Of a DNA stretch of 64,000 nt, positions 25,560 to 44,479 are shown in pieces. The stretch spans positions 142,910,001-142,974,000 of the forward strand of contig OX597815.1 of NCBI GenBank assembly GCA_951406725.2. The letters run 5' to 3'. Position numbers and translations under genes: made by a program. This DNA comes from Octopus vulgaris. Taxonomy: Eukaryota. The notes under the pieces were generated by a model. It was given only the letters and a program-made list of their open reading frames with translations. It did no database searches and was not told the DNA's origin. Numbering within the stretch: the first letter of the stretch is position 1; each line of letters begins with the position of its first letter.

Positions 25560-26520
25560 TAAAAGAAGAAATGAATAACTGCAGTTATTCTTGCCATATG
25601 TACGGAACAGAGCAATTCAGAAATTGTCAGTCTTCTACATGTTGCAAGATTTTTGTGCACCAAGTTTAATTACAAGCATGTGGCAGGATTGTTTAAATTG
25701 TATCAAAGAGAGAAACACTCTCTAAGTATTCGAAGGATACCTCAAATCTTCCATCGGGTTGAGAACATTATCAATGGTAATCCAGTGAAGCAATGAAGGA
25801 AATCGCCAAAGAACCTCCCGTGTATGAAGAAATGGTGCTCGATTATATTCATTGCAAGTTGTATATGCTAAGGAGAAGTTAATTCGTGTCTGCAAAGACA
25901 CTGCAAAAACCGATTGATCCCTACTCCTGCTCAGCGGTTAACAAGGTTAAAATATGGCTTGCATTGGTTCTTCTCTTCCGAGAAAAACTTCGGCCAAGAC
26001 CAAAAGTCCAACAGGAGAAAATCCGGATGGTTATGGATAGATCCAGCTGATGTCTACAAACTGATTCACAGTAAGTGTCCAGCAGCAATGGTGTTTTAAA
26101 GAGTGGCGAGAAACGAAGACCATGTCATGCACCATCGACCCCCTCCTCTGCCTGAAGTGTATTAGAACTATACGTTGAGGTGGTGGGGATAGTTGGAAAG
26201 GTGAAAATGAAGTGGAAGTCCATGCGGTTTTTATGAAGACTCAACACGCTTCTTAAGAAGCACACGTAACCCCAAAATTGGACGTCAAAATTGCTTAGAA
26301 TCATGTAACACTAAACATTTCTCCAAAGTCGCCAGATGTAAATCCGCTGAACAACTGTATTTACAGTGTGGTTCCGAGAGAGAGTATTGGACAGCCTCCA
26401 AATACAATACTTTCGCTGAAGGCTGTCATTGTCCACGAGATGTAAGATATGAATAGGTACCATTTAGTGTAGGCTAATCAACATTTCTGGTGCCGCATGG
26501 AAGTTGTCATCAAGTTCATT
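25560..26520 (+). mobile_element. Degraded Tc1/mariner (maT/DD37D-like) transposase
   Basis: WFFSSEKNFGQDQKSNRRKSGWL (FSDEK motif) at ~25965 and SPKSPDVNPLNNCIYSV (SPDLNPLD motif) at ~26320-26370. Confidence 0.7.
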
Positions 26521-26688
26521 TGATAATCTAATAAGAAAGCTTACATTTTCATATCTACATATGAGTAAATATATGTTGAATAATCATGTTTCTTTATCAA
26601 CAGCACGTAATAAGGAACAAACGTGTGTTGCGCACAAACATCCCCCCCCCACACACACACACACACACGCACACACACATATATATAG

Positions 26689-26814
<126 letters not shown>

Positions 26815-27065
26815 GAAGAAAAAGGGAATTTCAGAGGATAGGGGAGAAAACAGTATAGAGTAGAGTCGCATGATAAAGGTTAAGATAAATTTACTTAGAA
26901 ATGGATGTAATGGGGCCGATGTAATTGACTTGCACCTTCTTCCACTTTTGCTGGCCTTATTTTAAACTTTGAAACTAATATTAGTGTGTAGTTTATTTAT
27001 ATACTATAAAGTTTTTTCTGCTCTACTTTCACTTTATATTTAATTTTAAGTGAATGCCATACTGT

Positions 27066-27294
27066 TTTGAAATTTTGGCATGGGGACATCAATTTGGAGG
27101 AAAGCGTAAATCAGTTACATTGACTTCAGTACTCAACTAGGCACAGGCATGGCTCTGTGGTTAGAAACTTATCGATCGCAAAAGGACGAAAGACTAGGTC
27201 GACCTCGGCAGCATTTGAACTTAGACAGTAAAGACGGAGGAAATTCAACTGAGCATTTTGGCCGGCATGCTAACGCCTTTGACATCTTAACGCT
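27066..27294 (-). mobile_element. SINE of the 21871 family, degraded
   Basis: Contains gtcgacctcggcagcatttgaact, gtaaagacgga..aaat and gcattttggccggc, the reverse complement of the 21871 head. A further fragment lies at ~27775-27850. Confidence 0.65.
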
Positions 27295-28044
27295 TTAAAG
27301 TGAATGTCATATCAATAACAGTAAGTGCGGAGTAGCAACAAATGTATCGATACGCGTACTTGCAAACACACGCTCCCGCACAAATATGTACCAGCATATG
27401 GACTTTCAAAATTTATGTATTGATTTCTTTATATATGTTTATGTGCGTGTATGTATGCTTGTGTCTATGGATTGGGGTTGAGTGAGATAACGAGCGAAAT
27501 TTGTTATATATTTTAATGTATTGTGTAGACAGTTCTTAAAGTGAGCAAGAAAATCTATTAAGAAAAACAATCTAGTCATGACCAAGATATATTTTGTTGC
27601 TGTTGCTATATGTTTAAAGATGATGTCCCTGGGAAAAAAATTTTTTTAATGCAGGCTTCGTTTCTGAAGTCGGTAATGTGCTATTCACGAAATATTTGGC
27701 TGGTACTTTTGGATCAATATGATTTCCCTTTTACGCACAAGATATTGACGGAAAGGTATTAGTCAATATCATGGTCCTCAGTACTTGACTGGTACTTTAT
27801 TCAGGAAGCAAGGCAAACTGACATCGGCTGGATTTGAACTCAAAACGTAAAATTGGGATGAATAGTGCAATTTTATGATTCTGGCAATCCTTGTTCATTG
27901 AATGGGTATATATGCAGTTCTTGTCTGAGTTTGTTGTGTCGCACGCCTTAATTGGATATGCTCTGTATTCAAGGTTATATATGTACTCAGTCAAAGATCA
28001 TGTGGCACAGACACACAAGTCGTACATGCACGCACACACACACA

Positions 28045-28089
<45 letters not shown>

Positions 28090-28291
28090 GCGCACGCACA
28101 CACACACACAAACACACACACACACAAACACACATATATATACATATACAGCCCGATGACTCGACAAAACTTCGAAATCAAAAATACTACTGTTCTTTTT
28201 AAAGAATACTAAATTTGCAATCTAAGAAACGCATTGAGTAATCTTCCAAGTTAATGCAAACCTTTTTATTTTATCATAAAAACAAACATTA

Positions 28292-28340
<49 letters not shown>

Positions 28341-28480
28341 CCCTAATACTGGTTTGGACTTTAGCTGCTCCTTCTAGCATGAAAGGAATCCTATGAAGGA
28401 TGCATCTTATGTGTTTAACTGTACACTGTATTTATATGAATAATATATATATATATTTATATATATATACGTTTATATAT

Positions 28481-28662
28481 TTGTTGTGCAAGATTTTTTA
28501 TGTGAAGTCGTGTGTTGAAACAGATATTGTTATATTTCGGAATGGTCATTTTGCCAGTTTAGCCAATAAAATCACACGCACTAAATATTTGGTGTTACTT
28601 TGCCTCAGTGTTATTTATGTTTTACATTAATCTTAATCTTATTTCGGTCAGAGTTCTTTCGT
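28481..28662 (-). mobile_element. Terminal fragment related to PLE family E
   Basis: tgcaagatt.ttt..tg..gt.cgtgtgttgaa.ca matches 10081-10116; it lies next to (TA)n. Confidence 0.5.
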
Positions 28663-32792
<4,130 letters not shown>

Positions 32793-32877
32793 TCGAGGTA
32801 ATAAAGATTTTAGAATCTTCTACTACCAGTGGCCTAGCGTACAAAAAATTAGTCAATAGACGAAATATTATTCATAT

Positions 32878-33090
32878 AAAATACAGTGTACATTAAAACA
32901 CATTAAGAGGCTTCTATCATAGGAATCCTTTACGTTAGAACAGTTAAAGTCCAAACGACTAATTAGGGATACATTTTTGAAGGGAAGGAAAAATAAAACA
33001 TTTACCATCTAATTCCTGGACCATGGTTTCTGACTTATTTTAGTAAATAAAATTATTATTTACAAGGCGAAGTCTTCATCAACAGGGACG
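32878..33090 (-). mobile_element. PLE terminal fragment (family F) with HHR
   Basis: atacagtgtacatt.aaacaca...tagggata...catt.taccatcta..tcctggacca is shared with 58801-59000. Confidence 0.7.
33015..33086 (-). ncRNA. Type-I hammerhead (C3U variant)
   Basis: CCUG UUGAUGA a GACUU..AAGUC a GAA AC CAUG GU C CAGG. Confidence 0.65.
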
Positions 33091-33091
33091 C

Positions 33092-33305
33092 CATGTGTGT
33101 CTGTGCTTGACCTCCTCCACTGCTTGACAAACAGTGTAGGTATGTCTATGTCCTCGTAATCTAGCAGTTCGGCAAAAGCGTTCGATATAATAAGTACCAG
33201 GCTTAAAAAGAAAATGTACTGGGGTCGATACATTTGATTATAAATTCTTCAGGTGGTGCCCCAGCATGGGTCGCAGTCTAATGACTGAGACAAGTAAGAG
33301 AAAAA
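33092..33305 (+). mobile_element. SINE 3' half (family of 485-1390)
   Basis: gcagttcggcaaaag..gat..aataagtaccaggctta..ggggtcgat..ccagcatgg..aatgactga.acaagtaa. Confidence 0.75.
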
Positions 33306-34178
33306 AGGTAAAAGATATATGTGTGTGTATGTATGTAGGTGTTGGTGTGGGTATGGGGGTACATACATACACACACATACATACACTCATACATACATAC
33401 ATACATACATACATACATACATACATACATACATACATACATACATACATACAAGCAAGTACGCATACGTATACACTACTACCAACCTAAACCTGAACCA
33501 TTAGTTCGCAGCGTGACAAATTCCTGTTAGTATTACATCGATGGTTTTATCAATACTCTATTGGGGCTATAATACCAATATTTTTATCAATATATGTTTT
33601 TTTTTATCATTAGTTTACCATAGTAAATTAGACTCCTAACCATTTTCTAGTTAAAATAATTCCTCTGTAAAAAACACTAACATCTTGCTGTATCGACCAA
33701 AACTAACTCTTTGCCAATATTTATGAATATTTCATGAAGCAACAGTTTCAATTGCTTTGGTATATTTGGTGCCATTTATTCTTTTTTTATTTTATTTACA
33801 AATGTGTTTATGTCTCCTTCCATTTTCCAATTTTTTTCTTTCACTCTGAGTAAATTTATTCCACCATCTTTGTCTGCGTGTGATTATGTGCTTATCTATA
33901 TATATATGTCTGCATGTGCGTGTGTCTGTGTGCCTGTGTGTGTGAGTGTGTGCGTGTGTAAGTGTATGCTTGTGTAAGTATCTGTGTGTATGAGTGCATA
34001 CATTAGCTTGAATATAATAATACATCTTTTGTACAAAAAGCGTGATCACTATACACTTGGCATAGGGAAATTATTAGTAGCAATAGGCTCAAAGTAGTTC
34101 TCTCTCTGTCTCTCCCTCTTTCTCCCTTCCCTCTCTCTCACTTACACTCGTTCCCTAGTCTCTCTCTCTCTCTCACTT

Positions 34179-34233
<55 letters not shown>

Positions 34234-35199
34234 CGCATATGTTTAGCGTTACATATTCCGACTGGTATACTCTATGTGATAATGCCACCATAATACTCGA
34301 TAAATAGTTAACAATATTAGAGGTACAACCCTATACTACATCTTAAATATGGAATAGAGGGGAAAAATAACTAAGAGAAATTGCATTACATTAACATGAA
34401 CGATACCGAGTGAACACTGGGGCAGGTCATGACGGATTGTGTCGCCAGCAAAGTGCATGAAACATGGCCGTAGTAATTGTGCAAATGCTATATCACAAGT
34501 CTAACGAATCTAGATATTATGATAAAATGTTTTACTAAAGGTAAATACTTCCAGAAAGCACAGCATTGTGACAAATCCCGCATAGATTAAATGCATTAAA
34601 TACATTAAGGTATCGCTTAGATTTTCTCACACATGCTGTTTGCGCATCCATTTTCTAACAAATGATTGACTACATATAAATATTTCATGTTATGATAACG
34701 TTTCTTTCTTCATCACAAATCAGTTAGATGGTCAGTGTTATATGTCTACAGTGATAGGGCATAACTTCAGCCCTATGTGTGTGTGTTCCTGTATGTACAC
34801 ACATGTGTCTACGAGTGTTTGTTTTGTATGCGCCCATGCACGCACGTACACACGCACATGCACACACACACACACGCAAAAACGCGTACGCATACCACAG
34901 ATATAGATAGACAGACAGATAGACAAAGCTTTATATAGGTAGATCTTCACCATTAAAGACAATATTTTGCGTACTTTAATATTAGACTGAATCGAGCTTA
35001 TCTATTGGTATCTGTTTTCAATTGCTGTGTTCCAGTTGTTCCAATGTCTAATCTTTTCGTTGCAAGTCTATTTTATATCCTTGTATCCCAGTTATCGGTT
35101 ACCCCAGTTTCTTGTACCTTCAGACTCCTGCAAGAGAAATATTTATCTCAGTAAACGAGTTTCGATTCTTAAACTAGCGGAAATTCCCTTGCTCCAATA

Positions 35200-35640
35200 C
35201 ATTTTTGATGCGAAGGAAACTGACTTTTTCTAGGATTAGGGTGTTACCAACTTTACCTTATCATGTGATCATTACGATTTATACCACGTATTTTATGACA
35301 TAGCTTTTCTTTATACTTGTTTGTGGTAATCGTTCATGCCCTCCGATCCGTATGACATGGAGCATAATAGTATTGCTCCGTTTCTTTTGAACCTCTTTTG
35401 GCCTGGAAACAGATTCTTTACTCCAAAGTAGTTCTCTCAAACATTCCAATTTGTGATCTACTTTGTCATTCAATCGAACATAATCATTAATTGTACTGAA
35501 CAGATAGGTAAAGGCAGCTTCTGTAAAACAGATTCTCTCTATTGATAATGGTGATCCTATACTGTGCCACTTCACTCGAGTTAGCTAGCATTCGATAGAC
35601 AAACACATCACCTTAATGTTCAGTTTTTGCTATGTAGTTG
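35200..35640 (-). pseudogene. Degraded RTE LINE fragment
   Basis: FTYLFSTINDYVRLNDKVDHKL (FTYLGS..LD.EI..RI motif), LRELLWS and ERLPQ. Confidence 0.5.
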
Positions 35641-36049
35641 CACTCTAAATAGGACCGATCATACTCGGAGTATCCTCTTCTATATGGGAGACAAAACTTT
35701 CAATCAGCAAATATTAGTTCTCTCACTAACCTATGTGTGGTCTTGGTCTTAGCTTAAAGGGGCGATACCTTGAGCAGGTTTGAAAATCAGTGGAGTTTTG
35801 GAATGTTTCAGGCATCACTATCAAATAACTTCAGTGCTAAGATACAGCCCTGCATGAGACCAAATGTGATATTATATATTTTTCAGTTATGAAGTACTCC
35901 TTGTCATGTATCAAAGAAATGTGTAAATGTGTTAGTGGTTGCCTTGAATTCTGCAACTAAGTATCCCAGAACATAGATACATATACACATACAGACATTC
36001 ATCCACATAGATTACCACACATTGAAGAAAGTTTTAATTAGAAATAATT

Positions 36050-37400
36050 GTGATATATGTTTCAAACTTAAATTACTATGAAAACATGACTGGGATACGG
36101 TAATAATATCAATAGAAGAACCAAAGAAAAATTACATCGAGAAAGGTAAACAAAACTTTTTACTGTAGTTATAAAAAGGGAAATTATAAAACGCAATTTT
36201 CTTCGAGTTATAAACTCAATAATGACTTATTTAATTGCTATGAAAATGCTCCCTCTGATGGCCATATAAATAGAATGAAAATATACTGATATGAACTTCG
36301 CCCACAGCTAAATTATCTCACAACAAATCCATTACATCAACAAGAAATATTTATTGAACGCCAGAGGATAGCTGATGATAGTAATTTTATTCTGAAAATC
36401 TTGAATGTAACTTTATTCCCAAAGTGTTTGCACTGCACAAATAACGTTACACGAACGTTCTCATAAAACAAACCTGCCTGAAACAACGTTGACACCGCTT
36501 GTCAAAAAGAGCCCCGTTTTTACAACTACTATATGACCTTGCAGTCAGGGCGACCTTTCATATGAAAGTGTCAGCAGTGTTGTAGCAACACTGATGATCG
36601 TAAATGTGCTACGAAATGCAATGTATTTTCATTGAACGGTTTCGAAAACGGTTTTTCTCCGTTTTTGAACCTCCCGCATCAAGTAGAACCAATTTTTTCT
36701 AGCGTTAATAAGACGCCAGCAGAGTTAATGCTAACGAGAATTAACAAGAGTGATGATACTTCATTTTCGCTAATTAATGCTTGTTTATATGCCCTCTTAA
36801 TAACAATAAAACGGCACCTTGGAGATACCGAGGAAGTAGACAAAAGCAAAACAATAAATAAGTGACATAATGGATTTAGACAACGGAAAACATCGTTAAT
36901 GTACGGAAGGCTAACCACTAGGTGATGGTACTCATCAAATTTAAACAAACAACTATACGCCTTAACGAAAAAATGGAAGAAATAAAATAGAAACAATATA
37001 CGGACATAGCAAAAGGAAACAATTTAGTGAGAACAGATCAGCATCAAACAGGAGTGAAAAACTGTGAACAAAAAAACTTCGGCATCGGAAGAGAGTTAAC
37101 TGAAAGAAAAATGATTACCAAGTAATTTAATCTATGAAGGGACAATCAATAAATTCCATTGGGGTTTTCTCAAGAAGATACAAATTTATTCTGGGGTAAA
37201 ATATAGAATGAAGAAGAGAAGTTTACATAGTATGTTGGTGGCTAAAAATAATCCGCAATAAGAATTGTCCTGTGTTACGCGAATGTCATACAGTACCAAT
37301 GATTGTTGTCTTGGAGCTGCGACACTAAAACGATGAGTTAAAACTACCATAAAATGAGTTTATTGACGGCTGCTGGTATAAAAACAAAACTGCTACATCA
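36050..37400 (+). pseudogene. Possible very old PLE RT/GIY-YIG remnant
   Basis: Scattered peptides in a plausible order (IADDS, LNLPHQV..SVNK, LYALL, NLIYEGTI, then WLK). Weak evidence. Confidence 0.25.
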
Positions 37401-39162
37401 TGGATACTTCGATGATCTTTCTTTTTTTTTACAACAAAGCTCTCGATGTTGGTTGATGTTAACAGAGAAAAAATGATGCCAAAACTAAAGCTACTCTTAT
37501 ACAAAAAGACTCCCACTATTTGCAAGCCAAAATCTAATTTATATGGTGTAAACGCCGTGACTAAATCTATTACATTCGTATCTTTGTGAAACTCACATTA
37601 TCGTTCCATTTGAAGAAACCGCTATGTGGAAAGTATTTAGGAAATGTACTGAGAAACTTTAAATTATTAGAACTGTAATGTCAGATTTGCAGCACCAGTG
37701 AATGAAATTGTTTATAGTCCTAACTGATTACCAAAAAACAAAACAACCCTGGACGCTAAAGTTCTTCGTCTTACTATGTTCCAAAGACTTGATATCTCGT
37801 GCCATAGACAACCTCAGTTTATCTTGGCTCGCTTTCTAAAGTTAAATTCAATACATGAGATGATTCCGATGTCCCCTTCAATATAGCACACGTTTATGCC
37901 AGTGAAACAATCTCTCTCTGATGTTATTCATACTTCCAATAAACCCATTGTTTTTGTTTTTTTTCGTGAAGGAATTTGAATGATATGCGTTGAGTCACAG
38001 GAATGCAACTGCTCTGGCATTTTTTGCTTGTTTTGTTGTGAAGAGTCTGAAAGTATATGCCAGGAGTATGATTGGTAGGAAGAAAAGCCTTAATCCGATT
38101 GCAATATTTTCATGGTGTATAAAGATGTCATTTGGTCAGAATCAATGTTTAAGCAGGAAATAAAACGAAAGAAAAACTACAAAGTAATCTAACAACATCT
38201 CTGCTAATCGTCTGAGGATTGATTTCACCGATATTTTATGAGGAATGCTACAGGTACTTACGGAAGAATAAACACTTTTAACAAGAAGCGCGTAAGGTAT
38301 ATAACACTCTAATAAAATCATGATTCCTAGAATTTATAGCATAAATCAGTCACCCACAATGTCTTAGCAATAGTAATACTCATGCTAGCATTTGGACTAC
38401 TCGATCACATGTTAGAAGAAATAAGGATCTTTAATGCTAAAAACTCCAAAATATTAACCGACACCAGAAACTTCCACTTCGATAGTAAAATAAACTGCTT
38501 CAACGCAAACGAAAACGAAGAGGCAAATATTTAGTATTGATTCAACAGACTTTGAACATCACCTCATGTCCCTTCAACAACACCAACGAGTAAGCAGCCA
38601 AAAGGTGTTGAAGTAAGTGCATAGATCAAATCTATAAACATCAGCATTTTTGCAACGTGAGCGCTGGAAAGAAAATCTTTGTGAAATATTCTCTGATTGA
38701 TAAACATGGATCACAATAGGTCATCAGATGAAAGGTTGCATGAACATCATACTGAAGGCTTTGCATAAATGTGTCGCGAGAAAACTTCAAAGTTATTGTG
38801 ACAGGCTGTGATTATCTTTGTGATCTATCTTGCACTACCAGCCGCGATATTAGCTGATGCTCGAAAAGACGCAGTTAAAAAACACATCGATCTGGTAATT
38901 GCTGCAGAATATGTGGAATTAACACTAAGCATGTAAACCAAATCGTATGTAGTTGTTCGAATATGTTTTGAGGTAGAACGTAGGACAAGGTAACGCACAA
39001 AATTGACAATCCTGAAGATAAATGATATTAATCGTGAGAATACTGGTTGAATATTTCTGTGAATTTCTCAGTTAATTCTAAGTATGGCAAAATGACATCG
39101 GAATAGAGAAAGAAACTATGTCTCCTAGTGGAAATAAGTAGTATAGTGAATGCTAAAATAAT

Positions 39163-39365
39163 TGTTTCTGATATGGGTACATGATCAGAAAATTAGGAGA
39201 AGGATTAATCTATTAACTCGCCTCACTGAACTTAAATGGAACATTGTTCTACCAGCCCCAGAATATGGAATTTTAAAGTATACATCGGTGTCATTTGAAC
39301 TCTGAACGTAAGAACGAAAACAAATATAATACAAATACTTTAGAAACACCTTAACGATTCCACTA
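39163..39365 (-). mobile_element. Degraded SINE (21871 family)
   Basis: cggtgtcatttgaactctgaacgtaag...taacgattcc is the reverse complement of the tRNA-like head. Confidence 0.5.
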
Positions 39366-40271
39366 ATTTAAAGCTTTTAGGGGAAGTCAAAATTGAGTTA
39401 AATATTGTGGGGACGGGAAGTATCTTTATCAAAAGAAGGAGAAATCTGTAACTAATCCACTGGACACTATCCTATGATTATAACTATATTTGGGTGTGGG
39501 TACATGAATTTTTAGCTAATTGCTTGAGTAAGAATATTGAGAGACTGGACTGCACTAAAGTTGAGAAGATACTGCCGCTTAGGAAATAAGTGGTCCCAAG
39601 TCATTAAGGTCACTGAAAATAGTCAAAGCATTTCAAGACGTAGCATGTACGGAAGTGAGCATATATTAGTGAGCACAAAACATAGACATAGTGCGAGCGT
39701 ACATGCATGCATGCTTAACTAGCTTCTACTGTGACGGTCAATAAAATTCTATTTACGGTATAGCGACCGACAGAAGCTTATAATAAAGGACTTTTGCTCA
39801 AAGTACTGCATGGTGAGATTAAACATTGAAAGGCGAAGGTGCGACGCGACTGTTTAAATTACTCGGTCAAGTTACATATAAATAAATGTGTTGGTGTCCG
39901 AGAATATGGGTGCGTACGTGTATATGATAAATATTTTTTCTTCATTTTTCATGTATCATGATATGACACTATAATTATTGTATAGGTCACATTTTCCAGA
40001 CCCACTAAGAAAACAAAAGGATATCGGTTAGATAGCGATAAGAGACAAACGCAGACATGCACATACATATGTACATATATAAATACATACATACATACAT
40101 ACATTCATACATATATACATACATGCAGTACATATGAACACCTTTAGATATGCAAGTATATGCATGCGAAGACAAAATAAACCATACAAAACTGCTCGCA
40201 TAAATACATACATACATGCCTACATACATACATACATACATACATACTTACATACATACATACATACATAC

Positions 40272-40302
<31 letters not shown>

Positions 40303-40307
40303 CATAC

Positions 40308-40403
40308 AAAAATACTCGGGTGATGTTGCTGCAATTCCAATGAACGGGCTTTCGACGTAGATTAGAAACCGTCTCTTTCTGTATTGGCAAAAAATCTTGA
40401 AAT
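40308..40403 (+). mobile_element. (CATA)n-associated mini-element (family B)
   Basis: Homologous to 61139-61246 (aaaatac..tgatgttg..aattccaatgaa..ttagaaaccg..tctttct.tatt.gcaa.aaatcttgaaat). Confidence 0.7.
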
Positions 40404-40417
40404 GCATATATATATAT

Positions 40418-40798
40418 GATGTTGGCATCACCTTCAAAATACATCCAAGGCTTGGACCACGTACCATCCGTCCACAACAAAAATCTAAATCGCATCACAT
40501 AATGACAATACGGCACAACTATTTCACCTCAATTGGACCCGCTCTCTTCAACATTACACCAGGACACGTCAAAAAAGAAACTGACCACACAAAATTCAAG
40601 AAGTCTTTGGACGAATTCCTTCAAACAGTCTCGGACAAACCACCCACACCCGGATATGTCTCCGCAAACAATAACTCTCTGCTCGAATGGGCCTTGGTGC
40701 CCAAATCCTGAATTGAAAGACTTCGCCAGGTGGTGCTATTAAGTTAGACATGGCCTGGGCCAATACTGGCCAACACCTTTCTAAGTTATTCTAAGTTA
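40418..40798 (+). mobile_element. CR1-like LINE 3' fragment between (TA)n tracts
   Basis: GPALFNITP..FKKSLDEFLQTVSDKPPTPGY..NNNSL resembles the invertebrate CR1 ORF2 C-terminus; the 3' end is (ttctaagtta)2. Confidence 0.7.
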
Positions 40799-40875
40799 TA
40801 TATATATATAGTATGTGAGCCATGTGCCGTCAAAAATGTAGTATTTTAAATATAAGTAAGGTACAAAACCACGAT

Positions 40876-41075
40876 TTTGGTTTAATAATTCTTTAATTAC
40901 AAAATTTTTTGTGAAAAATCTATCCGCAACTAGCATCCTTTGACTGCTTATTTCCTTCAAAAGAATTTTAAAGTTTTCGTTCCTTCTTGTCCGAGTTAAG
41001 GCCACATAAAGCTGCCCGTGACTAAATACGTGAGATAACAAGTAAATACCAAATACACAGAGTTTAAACTCTGTT
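40876..41075 (-). pseudogene. Helitron PIF1 helicase C-terminal fragment
   Basis: QSL..GIYLLSHVFSHGQLYVALTR..FKILL...TKNFVIKELL (helicase motif VI region). Confidence 0.85.
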
Positions 41076-41381
41076 TGATTTTTCTTTTCCGCATTGAATG
41101 TTCACCATCCCATTTCCATTGCACCCACACATATACACAAACACACACACACACAAACATTCACATGCCTCCCTTTTACATACACACCTCTTCCTTTCTC
41201 ATTCATAAACACAAGAGTAGTATTATAGTGGATTATCTTGGTAACCGTGGGAGCTATGAAAAAATTACAAAGCCCAGCAACACAAACGGATCATTCTATA
41301 CATATGTGTAACTTTTCGCACAATTCCACCCAGCCGTTTGACCGTAAATCCCAAAACAAGAAAATATACAAGAATCGCCCA

Positions 41382-41536
<155 letters not shown>

Positions 41537-42869
41537 TCTATATATGTATGTATGTATGCGTGCGTGCGAGTGTGTGAGAGACACAGACAGACAGACAGTG
41601 TGTCCGGAGCTAGATAGTATATATTATTCGTCTATCATCTCACTGCGTAATTAAACATAGCAATACCACAGTTTACTCTATATTTCAGTAAAGTTTTCTT
41701 GGTGGTAAAATACTTCTAGTTGCTAAATCTGAGTCATTTCAACGGAATTATGTTTAATAAACCTCCTCCTGACCCATGTGTCAGGGGTGGACTTTATTAA
41801 TATAGTTTGTAATCAAGGTCATGAAAGACTGTCAGAGTTATTACAATAGCATAGAAATTGCGTGATGTATTATGCTACGGCCCAAGTAATACTATGGTAG
41901 AGTTATAAATCATCTAAGTAAGCTTCATCCCTTTAGAAAATTTAGATTATTTGAAATGAAAAAGATGAAATTATGATTTAAATTCGTTCAACATAACGGA
42001 TGATGTTTAAAGCCGAAATATTCATTAGCATCATACGGTGGGTTTATACGAAATCAGAAGCTGCTGACCGCAATTTATGAAGGCTTTAACGCATATAAAG
42101 GATGAGTTATACTCATCCTCTGTCACCTGTAAGGTGCTCCCTCATTAATTAATAAGCGAGTTTATGACAAACGGTGCAACCTTCGGGGATAGATGACATT
42201 TGCAACTAAACAGACGTGTGTCGCAGGAACAGGCGATATAAATTACGTATGGAATCACTTCATATGATATTATTCATTATTATGTACTATTGAATTTAAC
42301 AGCGTTGATTATTTGTAGTAAACAGATTCGTTTCTCTATTCTCCTAAATTTTATTAGTTGTGTGCTTTCTTAGAAATTATATCAACCTTTCTCGATCTCT
42401 ATTTTAGGGTCGCATGAAACATAGTACATGCTAAAGTAGGCAGGAATGAAAACTGAATTGTACAATAGCAACCAATTTTCCATCTGCTGTAGCTAATGTC
42501 AAACCAGTGAATGCCTCAAGCTGCACATTTTGTCCAATAGATTTGCATATTGCTTTATATTGCACAGTAATTTCTTCTTTTAAAAGTTTCAATGAATTTA
42601 ATGTTGAGGAATATTTTAATCACGTCTTCTAGAAAATGGATACTTTTCTTTCGTAACTAGTTTGTTTAGTTGCATCGATTAATGTCATTGATGACATACT
42701 TTGATGGAATAACTTGCATTTTCATACTATACAACATAACGATTTGCAGATGTTTTATGGAACCTAGTTCGAAGCTCACTAAAATTTAGTTTACCGTTGT
42801 CTTATGTCGATAACACAATAGCTATCTACGAAATATTTAGTTACCCTGATACATTTAAAAAAACTGTTA

Positions 42870-43183
42870 AACTCGACTTCGGTGGTATTTTAACTTAAAA
42901 CGTAAAGTAGTGGATGAAATGCCATTAAACATTTGGTTCTACGTGCAAACGATTCCACCAGTTCACTGCTTGAAAGCTCCAAACACAATCTATTCTCTTA
43001 CTTATTTATATAGGCGCAAGGCCTCGAATTTGCTGGGGATGGGGGTAGTCTGTCGACTACATTAGATTCTGAAAGGATGAAAAGCAGAGTTGACCCCGGT
43101 GCAATTTGAATTCAGAACATAGAGTTGAAAGAAATGCTGTTAAGCATCTTATCTGACGTGCCGACAGTCCTGCCAGTTCGCCA
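42870..43183 (-). mobile_element. Two degraded SINEs (21871 family)
   Basis: tcgacttcggtggtattttaact..aacgtaaag (~42873) and gaaaggatgaaaagcagagttgacc..atttgaattcagaac..ctgccagttcgcc (~43070-43183). Confidence 0.65.
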
Positions 43184-44479
43184 TATCAGCTCGGAAATAA
43201 AGATAACAATGAATTAACGAAAGTTGTAGAAGTTCAGAGAAAGACAGCACCAACAAATTTTGTACGGAATTACTTTGTTAGGAGAGACGTTTGTTGAATA
43301 TATAATAACTATAATGAATATATAATAACAGCAAAGGTTCGATGACAAGGAGTATGTCCATGGGCTTGTATTCAAGTAGTCATAGATTCTACCGTAGCCA
43401 ATTCATAAAGTGCTGTAGGATACCAATATAGTAAGTATATATTGATATAACAGAACAGTCTATATTGCATCTGTCATTTTATCTGAAAAGGGAAAATTAA
43501 ATGGACGACTAGATATGAAAAGCAGCAAGATAACATTAATGATAATTGTATATATTATAATAGTCAGTCCTTCAGCTGGAAGCTTGACATTAAGCAACTT
43601 GAAAGAATTAAAACAGACGAAAAGTTTGACGATAAATGCAACAATATCTCGGACAAAAACAACTAAGATATTACTAACATAACTAACAGTGTTGTCATAT
43701 CTCACATGCAATAGGTAATTTCAATAGAATAAATCAACTTCCATTAGTCAAGGTTATTCTAGACTCTAACTGTTGCCAGCACCATACCAGGATGTTGGCA
43801 ACAGTTCAGCTCTTCAAAAGTATATATAATTTGACTAATTCAATATTTGGCTTTAATTTTCTTCCATTAGATTTCTTATTAATTTAACAAGCTTTAACAT
43901 ATGGTCGTTTACAGCTGAATATTCTTAAACATTTCCAGCCCGGAATTATATTAGTGAAGAAAGTTTCCTCATACAATATTAAAAAATGTCAAAAATTATT
44001 GATTTTACCTACTATTTTCATGTTTATCCGGGGAATGGACCTACAGTTGAGTGTTCTTCACTGTTTGTGGTGTACCGTGTAATTATATCTGCCTTTGTAG
44101 TCAAAATCGATTGGAACAGAAAAGAATCACGTTAGATTGCGATTTAATATGTGCATTACTCAAGGCTGTAGCTATTTTACTATATTTACGTGGCTAATGA
44201 GCCGGAGAAAAGAATAAAATTCACTCAATCTAATTTCGAGCAAGTTTACCAAACAAATGTATTTCGTCCGCTATTATGGAATACATTAACCCATATTGTA
44301 CTCGGAAAATATTACAGAAACGATTTTAATTTTGGTAATAGCAGCAAATAGATAACTGCTTTGTTTTTATCACACATAATCTAGAGTCATGGTGCTGGAA
44401 ATGTTTCTGATATTAAAAACTAACTGTGAATAACATGACATGTAATTATTGAAGAATCTCATTCACTCCCACTAACTTA

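Noticed and set aside
36560-36630. CTGATGA...GAAA hammerhead candidate
   Set aside because: Stem III and the cleavage triplet do not form (U16.1 is missing), so it is at best decayed.
41595-42420. Mariner-like relic and 9-bp hairpin at 42099-42119
   Set aside because: No matching TIR pair or catalytic motif could be confirmed.
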